The position numbers and the translations under genes were made by a program. From NCBI RefSeq assembly GCF_006345805.1, contig NC_043023.1, positions 21,018,001 through 21,082,000 of the forward strand: a stretch of DNA of 64,000 bases, in the 5' to 3' direction. Below are positions 12,031-24,186 of this stretch, one piece after another. The notes beneath the pieces were generated by a model, which was given only the letters and a program-made list of their open reading frames with translations, ran no database searches and was not told where the DNA came from. Within the stretch, counting starts at the first letter, position 1, and each line of letters starts with the position of its first letter. The stretch is from Octopus sinensis. Its lineage: Eukaryota.

Positions 12031-12755
12031 ACCTTTAGCTGTTATTTTTAGCATAATGTGTTTTCTGGTGACGGCTTCATTTACCATCATTGTCCGTTTG
12101 TTGCTTTAGTAGAAATCTACGGATGCACAAAACGTAGAAAATAACTATTTGATAACTATTCCCCCTTAGTGGGGAATAGTTATAAAAAAATACCCCCAAT
12201 TGTTTTCCCCAAAACTTCTTATGTCCTCGGAATCTACATAGCTGGAGGTATATTTGTGGAGAATTTCATAAAAAATATATCTATTTCTATGAAAGTTAAG
12301 ACGAATTGAAGTGGATTCCGGTAAATTTTCCGAAATTCCCCAGCCCACCCCCTCCTAAAACACTCCCCCCACCAAATTTTGCACATAATCCATATCCGTA
12401 GAAAATTTCATTAAAAAATATCCATTTTTCTGAAAGTTATGATCAACCAAATTTGGCGGGGGTAGGCAGAAATCTGTACTTATATTATTATATGTAATAT
12501 TTAAATGTTAATTATACAAATCTATATATCCATATGTAATAATTATCCCGCAAAAACATATACACTCACTTTTATTCGTATATATAAAAAATATATATGC
12601 GCATACGTACAGACACTTACACACACACGTATATAAATACTTACACATACACATAAATACACATATGCACAGATATATACCTACAGAAATATCGAACATA
12701 GAAAAAAAACGAAGTGGAAAAATTATACATATAATTAAGTTACTTTAGCTAATTA

Positions 12756-13465
12756 AAACAGGTTTTATAAATAGTTATATATATACACCCATCCAAGGAC
12801 AAATTCAAAAAGTTTTACGTATGAATGAATTGAATTTATGCAAAACAGGTTTTATAAATAGTTATGTATATACACCCATCCAAGGACAAATTCAAAATGT
12901 TTTACGTATGAATGAATTGAATTTATGCAAAACAGGTTTTATAAATAGTTATGTATATATACCCACCCAATGACAAATTCAAAAAGTTTTACGTATGAAT
13001 GAATTAAATTTATGCAAAACAGGTTTTATAAATAGTTATGTATATACACCCACCCAAGGACAAATTCAAAATGTTTTACGTATGAATGAATTGAATTTAT
13101 GCAAAACAGGTTTTATAAATAGTTATATATATACACCCACCCAAGGACAAATTCAAAAAGTTTTACGTATGAATGAATTGAATTTATGCAAAACAGGTTT
13201 TATAAATAGTTATGTATATACACCCATCCAAGGACAAATTCAAAAAGTTTTACGTATGAATGAATTGAATTTATGCAAAACAGGTTTTATAAATAGTTAT
13301 GTCTATACACCCATCCAAGGACAAATTCAAAATGTTTTACGTATGAATGAATTGAATTTATGCAAAACAGGTTTTATAAATAGTTACGTATATACATCCA
13401 TCCAAGGACAAATTCAAAAAGTTTTACGTATGAATGAATTGAATTTATGCACAATAGGTTCTATT
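12756..13465. repeat. 87-bp minisatellite, about 8 copies
   Basis: Unit AAAACAGGTTTTATAAATAG...GAATTTATGC; 29-aa periodic ORF 12995-13498. Confidence 0.92.
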
Positions 13466-13822
13466 AATAGTTATGCATACACGCACCCAAAATCCTAGTT
13501 GTAATCTACAGATTTGTCCTGGTTCTTCGGTACATACCTGATATTCCCTCAGTATAGTGACTGCGGGGTTGTCCGCTTATGCAGACACAGCTCTGCCGTG
13601 GCCTAGCCCCAACATGATGCCCCTGAAATTATCCAGCATTCGCAACAAAGAATTCAAATGTCAAACTATATAAAGCAGCGAGAAGGGGCAACCTGGTGCA
13701 ACCGAATGTTCAATATTGAAAGGTTCCAATAGGGGGCCCTTTTAATTTAACGACAGAGCAAACGCCACTATACATTGTGGTGTTCCAGCGTATAAAGACG
13801 GGGGGCCGAAACCGACAGCTAT

Positions 13823-14100
13823 TTAGGTCAGTCGCCAGATCGCTACATGGAATCGATCGCGTTGTCCCTTCTTGTGAAATTCTTCTTCATGTCTTTTTTG
13901 TACTTCTTCCTTTGTTTTTCCTTTTCTCTCTGTTCTCAATACTCCTTCGTTCCTGATTGTCACTAACAAGGTTTCCTTACTATGGGCAACGTATCTCATT
14001 AAGCTCTCGAGTTCGATACCCACGCAGTCTTCCATACTTCTCAGTCCCCTTCCTCCATTTGGTCTCTTCATGCATAGGAAATTAGTGCCTACACTTGGAT
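13823..14100 (-). pseudogene. R4/Dong-like LINE internal fragment
   Basis: GGRGLRSMEDCV motif, like EGGRGL in the element at 16500; abuts (ATT)n. Confidence 0.6.
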
Positions 14101-14102
14101 TC

Positions 14103-14133
<31 letters not shown>

Positions 14134-14135
<2 letters not shown>

Positions 14136-14545
14136 TTTTTTTTTTCTTCTTTCAAATTTTCTTCCATTTCTTGCCGAGTGTCTTCCCGACTCCTAGGGCA
14201 AAGAAACTCATAGTGTATATTGGTAGGCCATTAAACCAAACTCAGTAGTTCGTTCATTTTTTTTTTTTTTAAGTTAAATTAAAATACATGAGCAGCAACA
14301 GTTCTCACATCGACAATGCTCTTCTCAATACGTGTGATGTACCAGTTAAGACAATCTTTTGCACTTCTTGCAGGGATGGTAAGCCAGGGATCATTCTCAT
14401 ATAATTTTCGGTTCCCTTCTTGATCATTCCTAGTGCTCCTACGATCACTGGTATTGTAACCGCCTTGAGATGCCACATTTTCTCAATTTCAATGAGTAGG
14501 TCTTTATATTTTCTTAGTAGGTCTTTATATTTTCTTCTTCTTCTT
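14134..14545 (-). mobile_element. R4/Dong-like LINE 3' end (family B) between (TAA)n tracts
   Basis: KYKDLLIEIEKMWHLKAVTIPVIVGALG...QKIVLTGTSHVLRRALSM*, then 3' UTR and (TAA)n. Confidence 0.8.
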
Positions 14546-14552
14546 ATTATTA

Positions 14553-14613
<61 letters not shown>

Positions 14614-14614
<1 letters not shown>

Positions 14615-15169
14615 GAGTGAGAGAGCAGTTCATGGCATCAAAGTGACACTGGGGTAAAATATACGAAGCCAAGTATACTCATCATGACTACCCGTCTTAT
14701 AAGGGTACACCAGGCACATGCATCACTACCATACGTTCGCGACATGGTGATCTCATATCAAGATAAACAGCACATGACCTTGCAGGTGGGGCCCAGTTAG
14801 AATTTTCTTCAGGTTGAGTAGCCCATCCCGCTCAAAAGGTCCCTGAATAAGGCTTGTTTAAGGATGTTGAACGAAACACCCATGTTTCCCAGAGGTGAAT
14901 TATTCAAACCCCAAAGAATCCCTCTCAACACATGGCTATGATGCTCCCCCACTACTTCTGCTCGTGATCAGAGATGCACATATCGTCAGCCACTAAGGGA
15001 CATGCTCAACTGGTTAAAGTCAAACAACTGACAAGCAAATCTGTGGTATTGAGCAGAATATTTGCTGTAGCCCATCTTTTATACCAAGACAAAACAATGT
15101 ACATGATGACACTTCCAATCAGTTAAGATCAGAAGCCACGAGAGCCACTGCCTGGTACTGCATCAGGGC

Positions 15170-15172
<3 letters not shown>
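14614..15172. mobile_element. About 560-bp non-coding interspersed repeat inside (ATT)n, copy 2
   Basis: (ATT)n on both sides; matches 9165-9701. Confidence 0.8.
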
Positions 15173-15227
<55 letters not shown>

Positions 15228-15367
15228 GTTATTATTGTTGTTGTTATTATTATTATTATTATTATTGTTATTATTATTATTATTATTATTTTTGTTATTG
15301 TTATTATTGTTATTATTGTTATTATAATAATAATAATAATAATTATTATTATTATTATTATTATTAT

Positions 15368-16598
15368 TCAGTAGTTTTATTTTTATTGCGTGCTTTCACT
15401 TCACTACCGAGCGCAGCTCTCTGTGCCTTGGGTATGTGCTTTGATTTGTTGTGATGCTCTGATGGTTATTGTATGGAAAGTGTTCTGCGTAGGATGTGTG
15501 CAGTGCCTAGTAGTGCAATTTTCTGTATGTTATATGTGTTTGTAAGTCCTGGTGTTTTTGTTATGTATTTGTCTGAATATTTTTTTATCATGCCTAATGC
15601 ACCTACTATGATAGGAATTGTTTCTGTTTTCAGATTCCACATTCTAGTTACCTCTATTTCCAGGTCTTTCTATTTTGAGAGTTTCTCCATTTCTTTTAGA
15701 GACACGTTGTCATCTGCCGGTATTGATACATCAATTAGAAAGCATTTTTTTTATTCATGATCTCTGACAACTATAACTGGTCTGTTGGCCTTAATTTCTC
15801 TATCTGTGTGTATCGGCATATCCCAGAGTATGGTTGCTTTCTCGTTTTCTGTGACCTTTTCTGGTGTGTGCCTATACCATCTTTTTTCTGTTGTTATTCC
15901 ATAATGTTGGCATAGCTTCCAATGTATGTAGGTTCCAACTCTGTCATGTCTGTGAATATATTCCTTCTTATCCAGGACTGGGCAGCTAGAGATAATATGA
16001 TTTATTGTTTCTTGTCCATCTCCACATATTCTGCAGTTACTTGTAATATTTCTTTTCATTACATGTTTTTGGTAATCTCTGGTGGGGAGGCTTTGGTCTT
16101 GTGCTGCAATTAAAAATCCCTCTGTTTCTGCTTTGAGTCCTGAGCTTCTCAACCATTGCTGGGATTTTTTCTTTGTCTATTTCTTTTGCGTTTAGTTTGG
16201 TGCAGTATTTACCATGAAGGGGCTTTTCTTGCTATCGTTTTATCATGGTTCGTTGCTGTTCTATTTTTAGTTTGGATTTCATTTGTTTTATAGCTTTTGT
16301 TGTTTCTTCATCATCTTCTTCTTCTTCTTCATGTTTATTAGGTGGTATGATTTCTTGTTTGTATTTGTCAGCTTCCTTAAATACTGAGAACAGTTTTTTG
16401 TTTTGCTCGTGTTTTGCTGCTATCTGGATCAGTTTTCCTTCCTTCTGAAGTAGATATTTTTGCAGTCCTATGGTGGTTATTTTATAGTAGTTTTCCAGCT
16501 ATATAAGGCCTCTACCACCTTCTATACGTTGTATATATAGTCTTTCTATGTCAGATTTTGGGTGATGCATCCTAGATCCAGTCAGTATTTTTCTTATT
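15368..16598 (-). mobile_element. 5'-truncated R4/Dong-like RLE LINE (family A) inside (TAA)n
   Basis: AETEGFLIAAQDQ, CRICGDGQETINHIISSC (CCHC), RHDRV, ILWDMPIHTD...NRP.IVV, IALLGTAHILRRTL*; (ATT)n on both flanks. Confidence 0.88.
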
Positions 16599-16741
16599 TT
16601 CCTATCTATTTTGGACAGTTCATTTCGTGTCCAGTTAAGGATATTGTAGCTGTAATATTATTATTATTATTATTATTATTATTGTTATTATTATTATTAT
16701 TGTTATTATTGTTATTATTGTTATTGTTATTATTTTTATTA

Positions 16742-16806
<65 letters not shown>

Positions 16807-16807
<1 letters not shown>

Positions 16808-17056
16808 GGGTGCGAGTTGGCACAATCGTTAGCACGCCGGGCGAAATGCTAAGCGGTATTTCGTCTGCCGTTACGTTGTGAGTTGAAATTCCGCCGAAGT
16901 CGTCTTTGCCTCTCATCATTTCGGGGTCGATAAAATAAATACCAGTTACGCACTGGGGTCGAAAGTCAATGTCGACCTCGGCGGAATTTGAACTCAGACG
17001 AAATACCGCTTAGCATTTCGCCCGGCCTGCTAACGTTTCTGCCAGCTGGCCGGCTT
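16807..17056. mobile_element. Inverted pair of truncated SINE-B copies, heads outward
   Basis: Plus copy 16807-16962, minus copy 16965-17056. Confidence 0.8.
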
Positions 17057-17089
17057 AAATTATTTGCAAGTTTCTAATAAACCCCAATG

Positions 17090-19010
17090 TATGTTCAAAT
17101 ACGTCTTTTCCTCAAAACCTGGGACTTCCGATTTGATCTGAATGTATAATGAGGATGATAAGAGTGGTGGTGGATATAAATACGGGATGACGTGGCTTTT
17201 CAAAATATTTCTGGGACTATTCGGCCTTCCGAAAACTTACCTTTTGTGTCCAAAGATTCGATGCTAGTTTTTGAAAAGCACGATGTGTATTTTATTTTGG
17301 ACTCAAAGCCATAGTCTTCCGCAAAGCAGTCACAGAAATGTAAAAATTTGACTAAACTATCCTGTGTTCCTTCCTAGACAAGGAAAGACGACGTCAATGA
17401 ACCGTAACCAGAGTGTAGGTTTGTGATCAAGTAGGGATTTGAATATCTCCATTGATTGCATTTCAAATTTTGTCATGAAGATATTTGCGAAATTAACCGC
17501 CAGAGGGTTACTCATGGCGCAGACCTTCATCTGATGGAACAACTTTTTTTGCCAAACTTCATTGCGTTACTTTGTAACACAAATTTTAATATTTTACAGA
17601 GAATATTTTAGGGAATTCTTTTCTTTGGGCATTTTTGAAAGGCTTTCAGGCATACTTCCACCCCATCGTCGTGATCGATGTTGGGTTATAAGGAAGAAAC
17701 TTCGGTGTTTAGAAAATTCGTTCAATTTGGAAACAAAATGAAAAATATCCCGGATGTAGGGACTTGATCTTTTAGCGACTGGGAGTAGAAAGCCATCCAA
17801 CCATTCTGAAATTTTTGCAGTGCAACATTCATACCCACTGCAAATTGGGCGCAATGGAGGAAATTTTTCGAAACTTTTATGTATTTTTGGAAGACCGTAA
17901 AACACAGGCGTTCTTCTTTCTCAACATAATAGCTTAGATTCCGTGTCATTTATGAAGTTCTTTTCCTCCATTTCCAAAATTATTTTATCAATTTCCTCTC
18001 TGCAATTGGGGTTGGGTTCTACAAGTATTTCTTCATAAGAAGTTTTGTCATTTAAAACTTCTTCAAAAGCTGAAAGGTACTCGTCCTTGTCCATAATCAC
18101 AGTAGCACCTCCTTTAACTGCCATTTTAATAGGAATAGAATCGTTGTTTGCTAGGCGATGGGGTGCGCTACACTGGGAACCCGTAAGGTTATTCTAGCTC
18201 TTTTTCTTACAGGTTTTAAGGCTTTCCCTAATTCCTGACTGATAAGATTAGAGAAATTCCAACAGTGGCGCAGGAGTGGCTGTGTGGTAAGTAGCTTGTC
18301 TACCAACCACATGGTTCCTGGTTCAGTCCCACTGCGTGGTACCTTGGACAAGTGTCCTACTGTAGCCTCGGGCCGACCAAAGCCTTGTGAGTGGATTTGG
18401 TAGACGGAAACTGAAAGAAGCCCGTCGTATATATGTATATATATATATGCGTGTGTGTGTTTGCGTGTCTGTGTTTGTCCCCTAGCATTGCTTGACAACC
18501 GATGCTGGTGTGTTTATGTCCCCGTTACTTAGCGGTTCGGCAAACGAGACCGATAGAATAAGTACTGGGCTTACAAAAAGAATAAGTCCCGAGGTCGAGT
18601 TGCTCGATTAAAGGCGGTGCTCCAGCATGGCCGCAGTCAAATGACTGAAACAAGTAAAAGAGTAAAAGAGTAAAGAGTGCTTGTGACCGTCCCTCCCGAA
18701 TTTTATCCGGGTACCAATTTGGATTCTTTAAAATCCAATTATGCCAAATCCGATTATCATCATTTTTTTCAACAGACATGGGGTTTTCTGACACCCGTTA
18801 CCAATTCTTTCAAAAAATATACTAGAAGCTTATGACGGCTGACAAACTGATATACTCCTTGTGTTAATTTATTTTTGTCAAAGTTCTTAGTACTTGGGCA
18901 GAAACTCAATCCAAGTTCTAAGACAGAAGTATTGATAAATTCATTACCATCTTATTTTCTAATATGGTTGATATTCTTGGTCTAGCGTTTTCCCCACCAT
19001 TGCTTGCATT
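17090..19010 (-). pseudogene. Penelope-like element RT relic, interrupted by SINE-A
   Basis: AVKGGATVIMDK, FYGLPKIHK...PLRPICS, AMSNPLA..ANIFM, WLRFID. Confidence 0.85.
18267..18677 (+). mobile_element. SINE-A, full length
   Basis: Head, core, internal (TA)/(TG), tail with (GTAAAAGA)n. Confidence 0.9.
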
Positions 19011-19081
19011 AGATTTCTTACTCTGTTTTTTTTTGGGGGGGAGGGGCTTTGATGGATATACTCACATAAAACATGGAATCT

Positions 19082-19452
19082 GGAAGCACTCCGTCGGTTA
19101 CAACGACGAGGGTTCCGGTTGATCCGAATCAACGAAACAGCCTGCTCGTGGAATTAACGTGTAAGTGGCTGAGCACTCCACAGACACGTGTACCCTTAAC
19201 GTAGTTCTCGGGGATATTCAGCGTGACACAGAGAGTGACAAGGCCGGCCCTTTGAAATACAGGTACAACAGAAACAGGAAGTAAGAGTGAGAGAAAGTTG
19301 TGGTGAAAGAGTACAGCAGGGATCACCACCATCCCCTGCCGGAGCCTCGTGGAGCTTTCTTATGTGTTTTCGCTCAATAAACACTCACAACGCCCGGTCT
19401 GGGAATCGAAACCGCGAGTCCGCTGCCCTAACCACTGGGCCATTGTGCCTCC
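19082..19452 (-). mobile_element. SINE-C
   Basis: Reverse complement of the 63696-64000 family. Confidence 0.88.
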
Positions 19453-19856
19453 ATACATGGAATCTACTAGGTGTCAAAATGCTGTTGATAATTCTGTGAG
19501 GGGTTCATAACATCTACTCGTTTTTGCCGGACTAACCCATTCCTGGGTGGGTGATAAAAAAGTGTGTGATTTCATTGGTTTTTGTTGGAATTTGAAACAC
19601 TTACAGTTTTGGAAAAGGAATAAAAATAAAAATGAAAACAGAAAAGCCGTTAGAAAACCGATTCTAGCAGCGACTCCATCTAAGAATATCCGAAGAAGGA
19701 ATTTTATTCCGAAATATCATATCAAACTATGGTTAATTAAATTGCAACAGGTATATAGCCTGTTGTCTGTATTAGAGTGCATTGTTGTACCATTCAAAAC
19801 TTTTTTATTCTTTACAAACAATACACAATGCTTCAAGCGAACAACAAGACTCTCCT

Positions 19857-20091
19857 AAGGGCGGCGAGCTGGCAGAATCGTTAGCACGCCGGGCGAAATG
19901 CGTAGCCGTATTTCGTCTGCCGTTACATTCTGAGTTCAAATTCCGCCGAGGTTGACTTTGCCTTTCATCCTTTCGGGGTCGATAAATTAAGTACCAGTTA
20001 CGCACTGGGGGTCGATGTAATCGACTTAATACGTCTGTCTGTCCTTGTTTGTCCCGTCTATGTTTAGCCCCTTGTGGGTAGTAAAGAAATA
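19857..20091 (+). mobile_element. SINE-B monomer
   Basis: Complete head to AAAGAAATA tail. Confidence 0.9.
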
Positions 20092-20123
20092 AGGAATTTT
20101 ATTCCGAAATATCATATCAGACT

Positions 20124-23015
20124 GTATTGTATTGGCATCCTTTCTGTCTCGGGAGACAATGGAGTTGCGCATGAAGTAGTCTAGTCCGGCTTTTATATTT
20201 CATGTCCTGATACATTTCCTGCTGTGGCTGTGTAGTCCTATCCTGGACAAACACTCCCTTTGGCAGGTACTGCAAATGTAGCGAAGACTGTTCCTGGCTG
20301 GTTGTAACGTCATAGTCTCTTGTTTACGTCTCTTCCTTTCTTTCCATTTCTCCTCTCTCTCTCTGACACTCCTTTGTATTCCCTCTTTTACGGTACGTCG
20401 CCATTCTCCACGGTTGCTGGCAACTGCCTCCCAACCGCTAATATTGATGTTGCAGGCCTTCATGTCCCTTTTGCAAACATCCTTGTAACGTAAGATCGGT
20501 CTACCCACAGACCTAGTACCCCTAGCAAGCTCACCGTAGAGTATGTCCTTGGGGATTCTGCCATCTTTCATACGGCTAACATGCCCAAGCCATCTCATAC
20601 GTCTTTGTGTGAGGAGTGCAAACATGCTTGGTATTCCTGCTTGCCTGAGGACATCTTTGTTAGGGATATGATTCTGCCATTTGATGTGGAGGATTTTTCG
20701 GAGGCAGCGCAGGTGAAAAATGTTTAGGCGATGCTCTTGGCGTGTGTATAGCGTCCAGGTCTCACTTCCATACAGTAGAGTGCTGAGTACACATGCCTGG
20801 TAGATCTTCATTTTCGTGGTCTTGGTCAGCTTATTGTTGTCCCAAGCCCGTTTGGAGAGTTGGGCCATCGCAGCAGCTGCCTTGCCAATGTGTATATTGA
20901 GCTCAGCGTCAAGGGATAGGTTGTAGGTGACGGTAGAGCCCAGATAGGTAAACTTCTCCACCTCTTGTAATCTGTGGTCTCCAATATGTATGTTTGGGAT
21001 GTCCGATGTAGCCTGACCCATGATGTTGGTCTTCTTAAGGCTGATAGCTAAGCCAAAGTCGTTACATGCTTGCTCAAAACAGTTAATGAGCCTTTGGAGG
21101 GCTTCTTCTGTGTGTGTTACCAGAGCGGCATCATCAGCAAATAACATCTCCTTGATCAGGACGTTTCTGATTTTGGTCTTGGCACGCAGGCGTGAGAGAT
21201 TGAACAGTTTCCCGTCACTTCTACTGTGCAGAAACATTCCATCTTCTGATGTATGAAAGGCATGTGAAAGTAAGAGCGAGAAGAAGATGCCAAACAATGT
21301 AGGAGCGAGGACACAGCCTTGCTTTACCCCGTTTTTTTATTTGGAAGGCGGCTGATGTTGAACCGTTGTGCTGTAAGGTGCCTTGCATGTCATCATGGAA
21401 AGACTTGATGATCCTCAGCAGCTTTGGTGGACATCCGATTTTTGGAGCAGCATGAAGAGGCCTGTTCTGCTTACCGAGTCAAAAGCCTTTGTTAGATCAA
21501 TGAAGGCCATATATAATGGCATTTTCTGCTCTCTGGACTTCTGAAGTTGGCGTATGAAGAATATCATATCGATAGTTGATCTGCTTCTTCTAAAACCACA
21601 CTGCGATTCCGGATAGATTCGAGAAGCAAGTAGTTGTAGCCTGGCCAGGATAACGCGGGCAAAGGTCTTTCCAACAGTGCTTAGAAGGGATATACCACGG
21701 TAATTGTTACAATCACCACGGTCACCTTTGTTTTTGTAAAGCGTAATGATGTTAGCATCCCGCATATCCTGAGCGACTGTATCCTCTTCCCAGCACTGAC
21801 ACAGAAGCTCATGAAGGTGCCGAAGCAGGATGGTGTTTTTGTCGGCTTTGATGATCTCTGAGGGGATGCAGTCTTTTCCCGGAGCCTTATTTCTTGCTAG
21901 GGAGTCAACAGCCTTGGTGAGCTCTGCTATAGATGGCGGACTGTTAAGTTCGCACATGACTGGCAAGATCTTGACAGTCTCCACTGCAGCCTCAGCCACT
22001 GTGGTCTCCCGTGAGTAGAGATCCTGGTAGTGCTCCACCCATCTATCCATTTGCTTGCCTTGATCCCTGATGAGATCTCCAGTGGTTGATTTCAGAGGGG
22101 CTGACTTGGTTGCGGATGGACCGAGGGCCTTCTTCAAACCAGCACACATCCCACGGGTGTCGCCCCTGTCAGCAGCTGACTGGATACTCTGACAGATTTC
22201 CTTTCAATACCTATTTGCACAGCGTCTGGCTGTCAGTTGGGTTTTATTTCGTGCCTTTCTGAGTTCATCGAGTGACTTTGTAGAAGAGTCACTCTTGTAT
22301 TGCACCAGAGCTGCACGCTTTGCTTCGATAACTGGCTCCAGCTCTGAGAGCCCAGTATTGAACCAATCTGGGTTTTGCCTTTCTCTCATGCCGAAAGTAT
22401 CCAATGATGTCGTATACAAGGCTTCCCTGATATAGTCCCACCTACTTTCAGCAGAGGAGGTTGGGCAGCTACTGAGGGCAACCTTGATAGAAGCAGCAAA
22501 TCATTTTCGCAGTGTAGGGTCCGAGGTTCTGGCGGTGTTGATGCGTGGTCGGCCCACTTTCTTGGAGCGATGGACTTTTTTAGGCAGAATCCTCACCCTG
22601 CTTCTAATTAGTGAGTGGTCTGTGTCACAATCCGCGCTGTGGTAACTGCGGGTCAATAGAGTAGAATTCAGAAAGGATCTCCGTGTAATGATGAGATTCA
22701 GCTGATGCCAGTGGTGAGATCTTGGATGTCTCCAGGATGCCTTGTGGGATGGCTTGTTGGTAAAGAATGTGTTTGTGATGCACAGGTTGTGGTATGTGCA
22801 GAATTCGAGTAGTCTCTGACCATTGTCATTCATGTTGCCAATACCAAAGTGTCCAACACAAATGGGCCACGAATCATGGTCAGATCCCACGCGAGCTTTA
22901 AAATCCCCTAGAAGGTAGATATTTTCAGTCGTTGGTATATTTTCTATGACACAGTTGAGATCTTTGTAGAGCTGGTCCTTGGTCTCCTCAGAGCTGTAGA
23001 GAGTGGGAGCATATA
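20124..23015 (-). mobile_element. RTE-clade LINE, 5'-truncated within the APE domain, with stops and frameshifts
   Basis: GDFKARVG, SADCDTDH, NYRGISLLS, ESQCGFR, FIDLTKAFD, MLFADD, LLYGSETWT, RMRWLGHV, terminal CxxC..H. Confidence 0.93.
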
Positions 23016-23404
23016 AGACTATGGATAACTAAATTGCAACAGGTATATAGCCTGTTGTCTGTATTAGAGTGCATTGTTGTACCATTCAAAACTTTTTTAT
23101 TCTTTACAAACAATACACAATGCTTCAAGCGAACTACAAGACTCTCCTAACAAATTTATTGTTCTCAAGACAAAATTGAAAATGGCTTCACATTTTTGAT
23201 TAATCAAATAGACACTTTACTGAAGATTTTCCAATCACCAGTTCAAATGTGTATGCAATCGCAAAAAGACCACAGTCGTATGGGCCAGCCTTGGGATTAA
23301 TTATTTCAACTTGTTTAAATTGTAGGTATTATCTTGTTTTGTGGCGAAGAGTAGAGAGTAGTTATCTGTGCGGTTAGTTCTTCTAATACGTCTCCGAAAA
23401 AATT

Positions 23405-23954
<550 letters not shown>

Positions 23955-24186
23955 GGCGCAGGAGTGGCTGTGTGGTAAGAAGCTTGCTAACCAACCACAT
24001 AGTTCCGGATTCAGTCCCACTGCGTGGCATCTTGGGCAACTGCCTTCTGCTATTGCCCCGGGCCGAACAATGCCTTGTGAGTGGATTTGGTAGACGGAAA
24101 CTGAAAGAAGCCTGTCGTATATATGTATATATATATATAAATGTATGTGTGTGTATATGTTTGTGTGTCTGTGTTTGTCCCCCTAG
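23955..24186 (+). mobile_element. SINE-A, 3'-truncated by the satellite
   Basis: Ends at TGTTTGTCCCCCTAG. Confidence 0.88.

Noticed and set aside
12170-12490. Possible MITE or Helentron-type element
   Set aside because: Repeat-like composition, but no TIR, TSD or second copy could be shown in the window
15110-15172. U2 snRNA resemblance in the (ATT)n-embedded element
   Set aside because: Two weak matches (ATCAGTTAAGATCAGA and TGCAGTACC) lie on opposite strands
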